Source: Candidatus Babeliales bacterium (GTDB taxonomy: Bacteria > Babelota > Babeliae > Babelales > JANWKD01). From it: a DNA stretch of 64,000 nucleotides. The notes beneath the pieces are model-generated. The model saw only the letters and a program-made list of their open reading frames with translations, did no database searches and was not told the DNA's origin. The stretch is taken from contig OY969622.1 in the NCBI GenBank assembly GCA_963701665.1, positions 1,152,001 through 1,216,000 of the forward strand, read 5' to 3'. Below, in pieces: positions 10,725 to 21,633 of the stretch (the first letter of the stretch is position 1; each line of letters begins with the position of its first letter). The position numbers and the translations under genes are program-made.

Positions 10725-11951
10725 ATGGCGTTATATACTTACCAAGCTTTTACAAAAGATGGTAAAAAGACGACCGGCACCCTTGATGCTCCCTCAGAGG
10801 AAGCACTCCGGCAACAGTTGGTAAAAATGGGACTTTATCCAAGCAAGATAACGCTTGCAAAAAGTCAGACTGAATCAGTTCCTTGGTATAAAAGAATATT
10901 CACATCCTCAATATCGTTAAAAGATAAAATATTATTTACTAAACAACTTGCCGTATTGCTCAAATCGGGCGTTCCTTTATTGCAAGCACTCGATCTTCTT
11001 ATCGATCAGTTTGAAGGCGGTCTTCGCTCAATCATTATTACTATTAGAGATGGTATTAAGGAAGGTAAATCGTTCGCAGAAGGATTGAGCAGATATCCAA
11101 AAGTGTTTGATAGTATTTATGTACAACTGGTACGCGCAGGAGAAGCGAGTGGAAAATTAGAAACGATTCTTCTTCGTTTAGTTGAATATATGGAGCGGCG
11201 CGCGGCAATTATCAAAAAAGTAAAAGGCGCTCTCACCTATCCTATGATACAACTTGCCATGATAATTTTGGTAGTTGTTGGTTTAGTATCTTTTGTCATT
11301 CCAAAATTGGCTGAAACATTTACCGCACAAGGAAACCAGCTACCATTACCAACACGTATGCTCATGGCACTCTCAGATTTTTTACGTTCCTATTATCTCA
11401 TTATTTTAGGCGTTATTCTTTTTATAGCAGTTATCTATCGTTTCTGGAGCAAAACTGCAAGTGGTGCACGCATCATTGATACAATAAAATTAAAAATTCC
11501 CGTCATACGATATTTTACTAAAATGGGCGCTGTGGTACAATTCAGCCGCACGCTCGGCATGCTTATTGAAAGCGGGGTAAACTTAGCCGAATCATTAGAT
11601 ATTGTTGTCAAAATTATTGATAACCGCATCCTCAAAGATGCATTGAGCCAAGCACGCGATAAAATTATAAAACAAGGTAAAATTACTGAGTATTTAAAAC
11701 AAACAAATATTTTTCCTCCTATTGCTATTTATCTCTTAAAAACCGGTGAAGAAAGTGGACAACTTGATTTTATGCTGCTTACCGTTGCAAAGAATTATGA
11801 AGATGACTTATCAGATTTTTCTGATAACTTATCTTCAGCACTTGAACCAATTATGTTGATTACCATGGCAGTTATTGTTGGATTCATAGTCTTGTCAATT
11901 GTATTACCAATGACCCGTATGATGGGACCAGAAGAACAAATGAAACTTTAG
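10725..11951 (+). CDS. gspF: Type II secretion inner-membrane platform protein F
   Basis: FTKQLAVLLKSGVPLLQAL, AGEASGKL, ALTYP, GEESGQL and LEP motifs of the GspF/PilC family; followed by pseudopilins. Confidence 0.92.
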   Translation: MALYTYQAFTKDGKKTTGTLDAPSEEALRQQLVKMGLYPSKITLAKSQTESVPWYKRIFTSSISLKDKILFTKQLAVLLKSGVPLLQALDLLIDQFEGGLRSIIITIRDGIKEGKSFAEGLSRYPKVFDSIYVQLVRAGEASGKLETILLRLVEYMERRAAIIKKVKGALTYPMIQLAMIILVVVGLVSFVIPKLAETFTAQGNQLPLPTRMLMALSDFLRSYYLIILGVILFIAVIYRFWSKTASGARIIDTIKLKIPVIRYFTKMGAVVQFSRTLGMLIESGVNLAESLDIVVKIIDNRILKDALSQARDKIIKQGKITEYLKQTNIFPPIAIYLLKTGEESGQLDFMLLTVAKNYEDDLSDFSDNLSSALEPIMLITMAVIVGFIVLSIVLPMTRMMGPEEQMKL

Positions 11952-11985
11952 AAGATAACCCTATCTTTTTTGAAAGGAAGAATCG

Positions 11986-12414
11986 ATGACTACAACCCGT
12001 AGAAATATATATGTACAAGAAGCTTTTACCTTAATTGAAATTCTTGTTGCTGTGATGATTGTGGGAATACTGCTTGCTGTTGTTGGCGCAGGAACCGTAG
12101 GTTATTTGCGAAGAGCCTCTATCACCGGCACTAAGGCAAGTCTCAATGCGCTTTCCCAAGCAATTGACTTATATAGGGCTGATACCGGTGCATATCCTAA
12201 ACAGCTTGAAGAGCTTATCGAAGCTCCTAAAGCTTTAGCTAAAAAATGGATGGGGCCTTACATATCGAAAAAAACAACACCTCAAGATGGCTGGAATCAT
12301 GATTTTTATTACAAAGTGACACCGGGTGGCAAACATCCCTATGATTTATTCTCCTATGGCCCACACGGTGAAGAAGGCCCTGAAGAGGAACACCTAAGTG
12401 TTTGGGAAATCTAA
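11986..12414 (+). CDS. gspG: Type II secretion major pseudopilin G
   Basis: AFTLIE prepilin site, ALxQAIDLYRADTGAYP, WMGPY, DGWNHDFYY and SYGPHG. Confidence 0.9.
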   Translation: MTTTRRNIYVQEAFTLIEILVAVMIVGILLAVVGAGTVGYLRRASITGTKASLNALSQAIDLYRADTGAYPKQLEELIEAPKALAKKWMGPYISKKTTPQDGWNHDFYYKVTPGGKHPYDLFSYGPHGEEGPEEEHLSVWEI

Positions 12415-12949
12415 CATCTCAAAAGGTTTTACCCTTATAGAAATAGTAGTTGTCATCATGATTTTAAGCGTGGTGGCAACTATTGTTATTCCAAATATTT
12501 TACAACGTGCGCCCGGCTATGAGCGAAAAAAGTTTTTCTCAGAATTAAATTCCTTGATGGCAATCACGTGGGAACATGCATTGCGCACCAATCAGCTTCA
12601 TCGCGTCGTATTTGATTTTGATACAAGAACTATTAATATTGAAGTTGAAACAAAAAATGATGAAACTGGAAAAAGTTCATTTACCAATGTAAGTGGCGTG
12701 TATAGAAGAACTTCTTATCAATGGCCAGAAAATTTTGAAGTGCGAGAGTTTTTTATCGAGGGCTTAAACGAAATGAAAGGTGGCAAGAAAGTTGAAAAAA
12801 TGTGGATCTTTGTAACGCCCGAAGGATTAGCGCAAGAAGTCATTATAAACGTTATGGACGTTACCCAATCTAAAGAGATACCACTCGGATTAGTTCTAAA
12901 TCCTTTCATTGCACAATTTAAACTCTATGACACATTTCAAAAGCCGTAA
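12398..12949 (+). CDS. gspH: Minor pseudopilin, GspH-like
   Basis: GFTLIE prepilin motif; lies directly after gspG. Confidence 0.7.
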   Translation: MFGKSNISKGFTLIEIVVVIMILSVVATIVIPNILQRAPGYERKKFFSELNSLMAITWEHALRTNQLHRVVFDFDTRTINIEVETKNDETGKSSFTNVSGVYRRTSYQWPENFEVREFFIEGLNEMKGGKKVEKMWIFVTPEGLAQEVIINVMDVTQSKEIPLGLVLNPFIAQFKLYDTFQKP

Positions 12950-13355
12950 CGATTGCCAAGGATTTACTTTTGTTGAAGTAGCACTTGCCGTGTTAATGCT
13001 CGGCATCATGCTCACTGCAGCGCTTGGTTTGCAACAAAGCAGTTTTGCAAGCATCATCAGATATTCAGAACGCTTACAACAGATTCTTTTATTAAAAAAT
13101 CTATTATTTGATGCTGCATTCGCACGCGCGCAGCAGCAGGGATACGATCACCTTGAAAAAAAAGCGAGTGAGGATAACAAAACCTCGTTTCGTTATGGTA
13201 TAAAAAAAGTTGCTCAAAATTCTTCATTACACTCGTTTGAAAATATTCTCTGCCAAACAGCCGAGGCAACATGGGCAGGCCCTTTACGCACGAACAAAGA
13301 AACACTCATAAGCTTTCTGTATAAGCCTGAGAAAAAAGAGAAAGAGAAAACATGA
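12927..13355 (+). CDS. gspI: Minor pseudopilin, GspI-like
   Basis: GFTFVE prepilin motif, short length and operon position. Confidence 0.65.
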   Translation: MTHFKSRNDCQGFTFVEVALAVLMLGIMLTAALGLQQSSFASIIRYSERLQQILLLKNLLFDAAFARAQQQGYDHLEKKASEDNKTSFRYGIKKVAQNSSLHSFENILCQTAEATWAGPLRTNKETLISFLYKPEKKEKEKT

Positions 13356-14221
13356 AGTCTGGATTCACGCTTATTGAGCTTGTTATTGGACTTTTCATAT
13401 CAAGTATTATGCTGGTTTCTCTTTATACAAGTTTTTATATCACGGGCAGAGTAATAAAAAGTAGTGAAGATATCGTCAGTCATGATATTCACATTGCAAT
13501 CTTAGGACATCAGCTTGAGCATGATATCGATGGCATCTTTGCTCCCTCAAGCACCACCATTACTACAACACAACCATCACCCCAAACAGCTAATGAACAA
13601 AAACCAACTGACCAAAAGGAATCTACACCAAAAGAAATCAAAGATATTTTCATCAGCGCGAATGATAAAGATGGCATGTTGCGTACGCTCAGCTTTATCA
13701 CCGTCAACCCATTACAGACCTACCACAAAGAAGGCCCAGCCTCTCGTATGGTACGCGTTGTGTATAAACTTGCTCCTAACAAAGATAAAACTTCATTGAT
13801 ACTCACACGCCAAGAATCAACGAACCTCGATTTAAAAGCATTTGAAATAAAAGGCGCACAAGGCATTCGTGCATACGAATTAAATGATAGGATCAAATCA
13901 ATAGAGGTTGAATTTAAATATCCTGAACAAAAAGAAGAAAAAAAAGAAACAAAAGAGGAAACACAAGAGCAACAAAAAGTTGCATATGTAACAGTAAAAG
14001 AATGGACATCTGAACAGCAACCAAAAGAAAAAAAACCGGTGCCTCAGATTCCACAATTCATCATCTTTACCATTACCTTGTGGGATATTCATCATATCAA
14101 TGAACAAACGCATATAATGTCATATGCAATTCCTTCATTCAGTCAAAAAAAGGCTCCTCAAGAAAAGAAGCCGCAACAAAAGCCTAATCAGGCTCCTAAT
14201 GCCACACAAGTAGCTCGGTAA
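13352..14221 (+). CDS. gspJ: Minor pseudopilin, GspJ-like
   Basis: MKSGFTLIE, LEHDI and RVVYKL...LTRQE segments; operon position. Confidence 0.7.
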   Translation: MKSGFTLIELVIGLFISSIMLVSLYTSFYITGRVIKSSEDIVSHDIHIAILGHQLEHDIDGIFAPSSTTITTTQPSPQTANEQKPTDQKESTPKEIKDIFISANDKDGMLRTLSFITVNPLQTYHKEGPASRMVRVVYKLAPNKDKTSLILTRQESTNLDLKAFEIKGAQGIRAYELNDRIKSIEVEFKYPEQKEEKKETKEETQEQQKVAYVTVKEWTSEQQPKEKKPVPQIPQFIIFTITLWDIHHINEQTHIMSYAIPSFSQKKAPQEKKPQQKPNQAPNATQVAR

Positions 14222-14243
14222 ACGCCAGCAAAATAAGGATTTT

Positions 14244-15371
14244 ATGAAAAAACCATCCTCTTGCGCTCATCAATCAGGCTTCATTCTCGTTCTTACTCTC
14301 ATGATTTTGAGCATGACTGTGATGCTGGTGACACAACTTTTTCAAAGTAGCGTCATTCATTTTTATTTTGATCGGACCATGATTGAACGAGAGAAAGCAA
14401 AAGCTCTCGCGCGCAGCGGCATTGAATTGGCGTACAGTCTTCTTACTATACCGCCTCCAGAAGATAAGGAAGGTGCAAAAGCGGGTTACCCACCACAAGA
14501 AGGTCAAGAAAAAAAAGATCCCAACGTTGAATTGCTCAAAAAAATTTTGCCAACGCTCAACAGATGGCAAACCTTTGAACTTACTGAGCAAATAGATGGC
14601 ATGGATGGCGAGATTAAGCTTTGCATAACCTGCGAAGATGGTAAACTAGACCTGAATCAATGGTACGATTTTAACAAAAAGAAATTTATTGGTGGTGAAG
14701 GAGACGCATCGGCGGCAAGTTCAACACTGAAGTATGCCCATTCTTTTCTCGATGGTAAAAAAATTCTCAAAGCAGTTTTTGGCGGTCTTAAAAAAACAGC
14801 GAGCAATAAAGACTTATTTGAACAATTTGAAAAGTTTTTAAAACAGAGGCAGTATAAGTTGAATGATGTTACGGAACTTCTTGCAATGAAAGAATTACGT
14901 GACGCATTTAACGATGCCATTTTTTATGAACCGCCATCACCTAAGACGGGCAAAAAGGAACAAAGACCTGTGTATTTAATGGATATTTTCACGCTTTGGT
15001 CGAGTGCCAAAACTTTAAATCCATGGTTGCTTTCAGATTCAATTTGCGCCATAGTGGGATTAAAACGTGCTGAGCCAGGTGATTCGGCACTCCATGAAAA
15101 AGAAGTCGATCAACTCCTCAAGGGTATAAAATCAATTGAAGGAGATGTAAAAAGCGCGTGGGAAAAAGTTTTACAAAAATTGTATGGTAAAGAATTAAAA
15201 GCAGTACCAAATGATTTCAGTGCACTTTTTGCACAAAAATTTGAAGCAAGAACATTTGGTGTACTTTCATATGGGAGAGTAGGATCAATTACTCAAAAAA
15301 TTTTTGCAATCATAGGACGTGAAAAAGATGCTCTTGCTCCGTATACTATCAAGAGACTCTATTGGTTATAA
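14244..15371 (+). CDS. gspK: Minor pseudopilin GspK-like
   Basis: GFILVLTL without Glu5, AKALARSGIELA, EDGKLDLN and TLNP are GspK hallmarks. Confidence 0.8.
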   Translation: MKKPSSCAHQSGFILVLTLMILSMTVMLVTQLFQSSVIHFYFDRTMIEREKAKALARSGIELAYSLLTIPPPEDKEGAKAGYPPQEGQEKKDPNVELLKKILPTLNRWQTFELTEQIDGMDGEIKLCITCEDGKLDLNQWYDFNKKKFIGGEGDASAASSTLKYAHSFLDGKKILKAVFGGLKKTASNKDLFEQFEKFLKQRQYKLNDVTELLAMKELRDAFNDAIFYEPPSPKTGKKEQRPVYLMDIFTLWSSAKTLNPWLLSDSICAIVGLKRAEPGDSALHEKEVDQLLKGIKSIEGDVKSAWEKVLQKLYGKELKAVPNDFSALFAQKFEARTFGVLSYGRVGSITQKIFAIIGREKDALAPYTIKRLYWL

Positions 15372-15389
15372 TCCAAAAAGGATAGTACC

Positions 15390-17039
15390 TTGCAGATAAA
15401 AACAGAAACGCGTGTTGGCATATTCGTTATAATTGCATTGGGCATATTCTTTTATATGACATTGCAATTAGGCGTTTTTCGATTGCATAAAGGTAATTAT
15501 AAACTCCAAGTCGTTAAGTTTAATGATATCGGTGGGCTTGAAAGAAAAGCTGAAGTAAAAATCGCGGGTGTCACTATTGGATGGGTAGATCATATTGAGT
15601 TGATTGATGGTACCACCTACTTAGCAAAAGCCTATATTATGATCCTCAAACAATACATGCTGCATACTGATGCTTCTGCACGCATACGGCAAGAAGGATT
15701 ACTCGGTACAAAATATCTTGAATTACTTCCCGGTGATCCATCATTACCAATACTACCACCAGGTCATGAACTGGGCAGCCCCGCCCAAGGCGCTGTTTCC
15801 ATCGATGATATTTTACGCAAAGTTAACACAATCGCAGGACATGTTGTTGATGTTACTGAATCGCTTCATGAATCATTCGGCACGCCTGAAGGTCGCAGTG
15901 AACTGCAACATACTTTACGCTATGTCAGTCAAGCAGCTGAAAAAATCGCCACCTTTGCCAATTCGTTAGATCGCACGCTGTCACATAATGAAAACAATAT
16001 AAATAATATTCTTGCTGATGTACGCGAAATCACCCATGAAATGTCCAAATCCGTACCAGAACTGAGCGATAATTTTTCACGACTTTCAAAACGCATGGAA
16101 GGTGAATTTCTTCCTTCATTGCAACAAAGTTTAGAACGCATATCAATCGTGTTTGATCGCGATGTAAATCGCATTGCACAAAAAGTTGAAAAAACAACGG
16201 ACGCACTTGAAGGTGCCGCGCAACATGCTGCTGACGGTTTCAGAAACATCAGTTCTATTGCCGGAAAACTTGATGATGGCAAAGGTCTATTAGGACAACT
16301 TATCAATGATGAGGATATGTCTAAAAATACGAAATATGCACTCGAAGGTCTAAAAAATTATTTCTCTATGATCGATAAGTTGAGCATTGTCTTAGATGCA
16401 CACGGCGAATTTATGTACCGCCCGGCTGAACATATGGTATTTGAAGAAGCCAAGGGATATATTGACGTACGCATACATCCAAGCGACGATCATTTCTATT
16501 TGATTCAACGAGTAACCTCACAACGAGGGAACTTACTCAGAAAATCATTAGTCAAAAACTGGTATGATGAAAATGACAGACAGTTCTTGCCGAGCGACTT
16601 CTTTGTAGCCGCGCGGCCTCTGGGCGAGTTGGTCGGTCGCGTGGAAACTATTGAGCGTACGCTCGATACACCGCGGTATGGTCTCCAAGTTGGTAAAATT
16701 TTTAAAGATGTTGCACTCCGTTTTGGTCTCATCGAAGGATGGTCAGGTATCGGCATTGATGTTGAAATCCCTTTTAACAATGATAACTTCCGTTGGGTAA
16801 CTACGGTTGAATTATTTGATTTTAGAGGTCGTCAACGTATTAACGATAGCAGACCGCACCTGAAATGGATCAACCGCGTGTTTATATTAAGAAATATTTA
16901 CTGCGCATTTGGTGCTGATGACTTTATCAGTATTGAAAACTCTAACGGCTTCTTTGGCGTAGGATTGCGCTTTGATGATGCTGCATTAAAAGCAGTCGCT
17001 GCTAAATTTGGCTTCTTAAGTTCAGGCGGCGCTGATTAA
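15390..17039 (+). CDS. mlaD: MCE/MlaD-domain protein with long helical stalk and beta-rich C-terminal domain
   Basis: ETRVGIF TM anchor, GLERKAEVKIAGVTIGWV and GLLGTKYLEL MCE motifs, GKGLLGQLIND, then amphipathic strands. Confidence 0.85.
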   Translation: MQIKTETRVGIFVIIALGIFFYMTLQLGVFRLHKGNYKLQVVKFNDIGGLERKAEVKIAGVTIGWVDHIELIDGTTYLAKAYIMILKQYMLHTDASARIRQEGLLGTKYLELLPGDPSLPILPPGHELGSPAQGAVSIDDILRKVNTIAGHVVDVTESLHESFGTPEGRSELQHTLRYVSQAAEKIATFANSLDRTLSHNENNINNILADVREITHEMSKSVPELSDNFSRLSKRMEGEFLPSLQQSLERISIVFDRDVNRIAQKVEKTTDALEGAAQHAADGFRNISSIAGKLDDGKGLLGQLINDEDMSKNTKYALEGLKNYFSMIDKLSIVLDAHGEFMYRPAEHMVFEEAKGYIDVRIHPSDDHFYLIQRVTSQRGNLLRKSLVKNWYDENDRQFLPSDFFVAARPLGELVGRVETIERTLDTPRYGLQVGKIFKDVALRFGLIEGWSGIGIDVEIPFNNDNFRWVTTVELFDFRGRQRINDSRPHLKWINRVFILRNIYCAFGADDFISIENSNGFFGVGLRFDDAALKAVAAKFGFLSSGGAD

Positions 17040-17092
17040 CATTTCCTCTAAACGTTAATGTTACTTTACAGAAATAATATCTAAGCAGAATT

Positions 17093-17141
17093 GTCATTGC
17101 GAACCTACGAAGCTTTTAGCGAAGTAGGTGTGGCAACCCAG
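17093..17141. repeat. Single arm of the palindromic element with a nested hairpin
   Basis: GTCATTGCGAA-CCTACGAAGCTTTTAGCGAAGTAGG-TGTGGCAACCCAG, between convergent genes. Confidence 0.8.
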
Positions 17142-17155
17142 ATAATAAAAAGACA

Positions 17156-17608
17156 TTAGGGTTTCAAATGCTTCAACAGCGCCAACTCTTTTCTATGCAT
17201 AATTTTATAATCTTCATCACGCTCGTGATCATATCCAAGCAAATGACAAATACCATGCACTAAAAGCACTTGCATGCGCTCGTACAAAGCAACATTCATG
17301 TCACGCGCCGCACGCTCCACATATTCAACAGAAATAATGAGATCACCGAGGTTTTTATCTTCCTCGTTTTTTGGTTTGATCCGCTCGCCTGCTTTGAGTG
17401 AAGGGTGATAGGAAAAGGAAAGAATGTCGGTTGCTTTGTCTTTATGGCGGTAGGTTTTATTGTAATAACGGATTGTTTTATTCGTCGTCAACCAAATGCC
17501 AAGATCATAATCTTCATAACGCAAGATGCGCAGAATTGTCTGCGCATCTTTTTTTAATTGTTTTATGTCGATTGGTATGGCACGTTGGGTATTTTTAATC
17601 GTTATCAT
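17156..17608 (-). CDS. ybeY: rRNA maturation RNase YbeY
   Basis: NKTYRHKDKATDILSF, LGDLIIS and HGICHLLGYDH motifs. Confidence 0.95.
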   Translation of the reverse strand: MITIKNTQRAIPIDIKQLKKDAQTILRILRYEDYDLGIWLTTNKTIRYYNKTYRHKDKATDILSFSYHPSLKAGERIKPKNEEDKNLGDLIISVEYVERAARDMNVALYERMQVLLVHGICHLLGYDHERDEDYKIMHRKELALLKHLKP

Positions 17609-18746
17609 CGTAAAAGTTCAATATTGTATGTTTTCTTTTTTCATGTTCAGCGTTTTTATTTTCTATAAATTGCTCTTCTTTTAATGCTAAAGCTACGTCA
17701 TTTTCATCATGTAATTTTTTTCGTAATAACGCTTCACGAGCTATTTTTTCTGCTTCTTCAGCTCGCGTTGCTTCTTCTTCACCTTGCTTCTTTCCAAATT
17801 CTCTTTCTTCTTTAGTTTTTCTAGAAATTTCAGCATTTTGCTCATCAGTCAAGTTACGATCAGTCTCAATAAAAATTTTAGCAAGACGTTTCGAATGTTT
17901 CTTCTTTCTAAGATTACAAACCTTACATTCTTCTATACGAGCATTAATTTCTTCTTCTGATGATGACGGCCCATTATTTAATGGGTTACAGTAATACTCT
18001 TCTTGTTCATTATTAATCTCATTGACTGTTTTTCCTTGTGCATCACGGCTTTTCACATCAAAATTATTCTTCAATAATTCTTCAAAAAGTGCTTCATAAG
18101 CAGAAGGCGGCTGTAAGCGAGCAGCAATATGAAGAGGGGTATCACCAGTTTTATCTCTTTCAACACTTAATGCTATTAATTTTTTTTGCACCTGCAAAGA
18201 TTTGTTTCGCGTAGCAATATCCAACAAGATATTGTCTCTATCATCTTTTTGCATCTGATCGAATTTAAGCCTTGTTGTCATAACTGCAATTGTTTCTACA
18301 CTTTGATCGCCATATTTTTCAATGAGCGCATGCAATGGGTACTTTAAAAAATATGTTTTTTCTGGGGTACGATCAACACAATATTCTTTAAAAGTATCTC
18401 TAACGTTCAACCCTTTTTCTTGCATAAATTGCAATAAATCGGGACGATTATGCTCAATCGCTTTTTGAATTAATTGAGGATGCCTACCGCAATCTTCAGC
18501 ATAAAATTTTTCTTTAAATATTTTTAAGGCATTTTGATCATTATTCTTTAAAACAGCTTCAAAAGCGTCAAGCATTGCCTTTTCACGTGACCAATTAAAA
18601 GTAACAGCACAATATATATTTTTCTGTAAACCTCGAAATCCAAAAAGCCCTTGTCGCGGAACCCCATGTTCATCAAGATAAGCCGCTGCATCATACATAC
18701 TCAGGAACAGAAGCATAAATATTAGCTTTCGCTTCAATACAATCAT
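17595..18746 (-). CDS. Secreted ankyrin-repeat protein with charged C-terminal coil
   Basis: Signal peptide; GDTPLHIAAR and YPLHALI ankyrin motifs; E/K-rich tail. Start placed at MIVLK. Confidence 0.75.
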   Translation of the reverse strand: MIVLKRKLIFMLLFLSMYDAAAYLDEHGVPRQGLFGFRGLQKNIYCAVTFNWSREKAMLDAFEAVLKNNDQNALKIFKEKFYAEDCGRHPQLIQKAIEHNRPDLLQFMQEKGLNVRDTFKEYCVDRTPEKTYFLKYPLHALIEKYGDQSVETIAVMTTRLKFDQMQKDDRDNILLDIATRNKSLQVQKKLIALSVERDKTGDTPLHIAARLQPPSAYEALFEELLKNNFDVKSRDAQGKTVNEINNEQEEYYCNPLNNGPSSSEEEINARIEECKVCNLRKKKHSKRLAKIFIETDRNLTDEQNAEISRKTKEEREFGKKQGEEEATRAEEAEKIAREALLRKKLHDENDVALALKEEQFIENKNAEHEKRKHTILNFYDDND

Positions 18747-19059
18747 CAGAAAATCCCTTCCGATAGAAATTAAGTACATAATTTTTAAGTCATTGCATGA
18801 TAACATAAAACTTAATAGAAGAAAAAATTCCTAACAAATTTATCTCTAATATTCATATCCTAATGCTGTTCGCTGACTAAGTATTCAATTATTTTGCAAA
18901 AATTGATAACAATATTTTTTTAAAGAATCTTCTTCAATTTCAAGTTTTTTGTCTTTCTGGTAGAAAACATAGCTTATAATACATATTTACATTATATTAT
19001 TTAATCATGACAAATTAATATTTTTTACTATTTTTTCAGTATAATTTAGGATGGGACGA

Positions 19060-21565
19060 ATGAAAAAAAAGCTTATTATTTTTTTTACCATTTTTCTAAC
19101 AATTGCTAGTTCATTACCTATTTTTGCAATGGAAATGAGCATTGTTGAAATAAAGGAAAGTATCCAAAGCCGTATTTCTGAAGACACCAATCTTGATCAG
19201 CCTGATAGTATTGGCGTTATTCCATTAATCTTTGCAGCACAACATAATGATGCCGACTTAACCCATCAACTGATTGCATTTCATGCCAACGTTAATGTGC
19301 AAGATAGGTGTGGGTCAACACCTTTGCACAATGCGCTACGAAATGGAAATATTTCTCTTGCACATTTTTTGCTCAATCATGGCGCAAATGCTGATATCCA
19401 AGATGCACAAGGCAATACACCGCGTTCCCTTGCTCAGGAATATTCTCTTACTGATATTTTAAAACGTTTTGATGAAAGTAAGAAAGTTGAAAAAGAAACC
19501 TCCAAAGGAAAAGAAAAAGAAGAATCGGCCAAGAAACCGGCAAAAACAAAAAAAATAGGAGCATTTAAGAGAAAAGCGCAAACTGCCTTTAAAGTATTAC
19601 ATGTTCTCAATACTCGTAAAAATACGACAGAAATTCAAAGAAAACTTTTGGCACTTTTTACTGATAAAAAAGCCATGATGACATCTTCAGAAAAAAAATT
19701 ACATCTTACTTCTGAAGATTGGTATGCATTAATTACCGCTGTTTCTGAAAATAGTGTAGAAAAAGTAGCTAACGTCCTTAGCAATGAAGATGCTAATGTT
19801 AATCTCGTAACGCCATCAGGATTTACTGCACTTGCATTAGCCTGCAAAAATTGCAGTAGAGAAATTGTTAATAAGTTACTACAGCACAAAAAAACTATCA
19901 TTGATCTTCCACTTCAAAGCGGAGCAACTCCTTTAATTATTACTGCATCAACTCCTATTGATAGGCCGCATCTACAAAAAAAGTGCTTTAAAATTATAGA
20001 ATTATTAGTTGAGCATGGAGCTAATATTGATACACAAGATAAAGAAGGTTCAACAGCATTAATGAAGGCTTTGTTGAATGGCAATATTAAAGTAGCAAAA
20101 TTTCTTATTAAATTAGGCGCAGATACTTCACTAAAAGACAACCATGGTTTTAGCGCGCTTTTTTATGCAGCAGGAAAAGGGTATTTGCCCATTGTTAAAA
20201 AATTAGTAAAACATGGCGCTAATGTTGATGCTACATCAAAAAAATGGAATCCAGTAACACAAGCAATTTCCGAAGATCATTATAAAAGTTGCACAATTCT
20301 TACAACAAGCAGCATCAAACACACCAGAAGATGTAGAAGAAACTACTGATGATCTTAATGAAAATGACTTCATATTAATTGATACAAATAAATCCCATCC
20401 CAAAAAGAAAATATCTTTTAACATACCGGACGAAGAAAAAGAAATAGATGAAAATTTTAAAGCACTAAAAACAAACAACACAGGTAAAGGCAAAATAAAT
20501 TATTTTAAAGGACTGTTAAAAAGAAAAAAATGGCAAAAACAAAATGATTTAGCTTCTGAATTTGACGAATTAGATTCTCTACAAAACAATTTATCCCTTC
20601 AAGATTTACAACAACATACAAAAGAAAAATCACATAGAGGCAGTTCTTATAATGATATTAACAATATTGATACATTGTGGAGAAGAAGAATAACCTTAAA
20701 TGAGCTCAAAGAAAAAATAAAACTTCGCGAACATTTTGTAGAAACCATTGAAGAAGTAAAAAAAATAGTAGGTGATGGATTTGATTTTATCTTTGATAAC
20801 GAAATTCCTTTAGATATGACGAAAGAAGAATATTCAGAAAGCAAGATAAGTGAAGTAATGAGCGCGGCAAGTGAATTTTTGGACGTTAAAATCCAAACTC
20901 TTAATGAAGAATATGAAGCTGAAAGACAAAAAAGTATAGATGCAAAAAAAGAAGCAGATTACCATTTAAAAGAAGCCGAACATTATAAAAAAGAAGCAGA
21001 ATCCCATTTAAAAGAAAAAAGGCGACATGATAAAAGGATAATAAAGCTTGAAAACAAGGAAAAAAAGCATAAAAAAAATGCACGTGTACGTCAAATAGTT
21101 CTTGCTCGTATGCCAGTACCAACTAATAAAGAACGGAAAATTATTGAAAAAAGAACAACTCAACCGCTTAAGGAGCTAGAAAAAATTAAAATATATGCAG
21201 ATGAATATTTAACGAAAGAAATACCAAAAGAAGAATTAAAATATTTAAATGTAGAATTATCTGATGAAGAATTCCAACGCGCCTTGGAAAGTAGCGAAGA
21301 ACAAAAGAAAAAAATTGAAGATATGCGAGAAGAAAAACATAGGAAAAAAGAAGAACAATTCAAGAAAGACTTAAAAAGAGTTGGCAGACCTAATGGTGAG
21401 CAACTTAGGGAACTTCAGATAAGAACAGGTAAAAATAATATTCTAAAGTTAAGTAACATTTACGTAGCTGAAAAATTGGCTCAAGAAGAATCCCATAGGA
21501 TAATTGATGGTTTTGAGCCGGAAGATCCTTCTGATGAGAACTCAGAAGAAGAAAGCGAAGAATAA
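19060..21565 (+). CDS. Secreted ankyrin-repeat/coiled-coil protein split by one frameshift (~20284-20287)
   Basis: ORFs 19051-20349 and 20675-21565 join if one A is removed from TATAAAAGTT. The shifted frame reads HYKVAQFLQQ (completing the ankyrin repeat) and is open from 20288 to 21565. Confidence 0.8.
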
Positions 21566-21633
21566 GAAAAAATTCTTGCAATCGAAAAATGATTTTTCTT
21601 ATTGTAAATCTATCATATAAAGGAGAAAAAATA

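Noticed and set aside
10725..15371. Type IV pilus or competence pilus interpretation
   Set aside because: The GspG C-terminal motifs, a GspK-like gene and the F-G-H-I-J-K order fit T2SS better.
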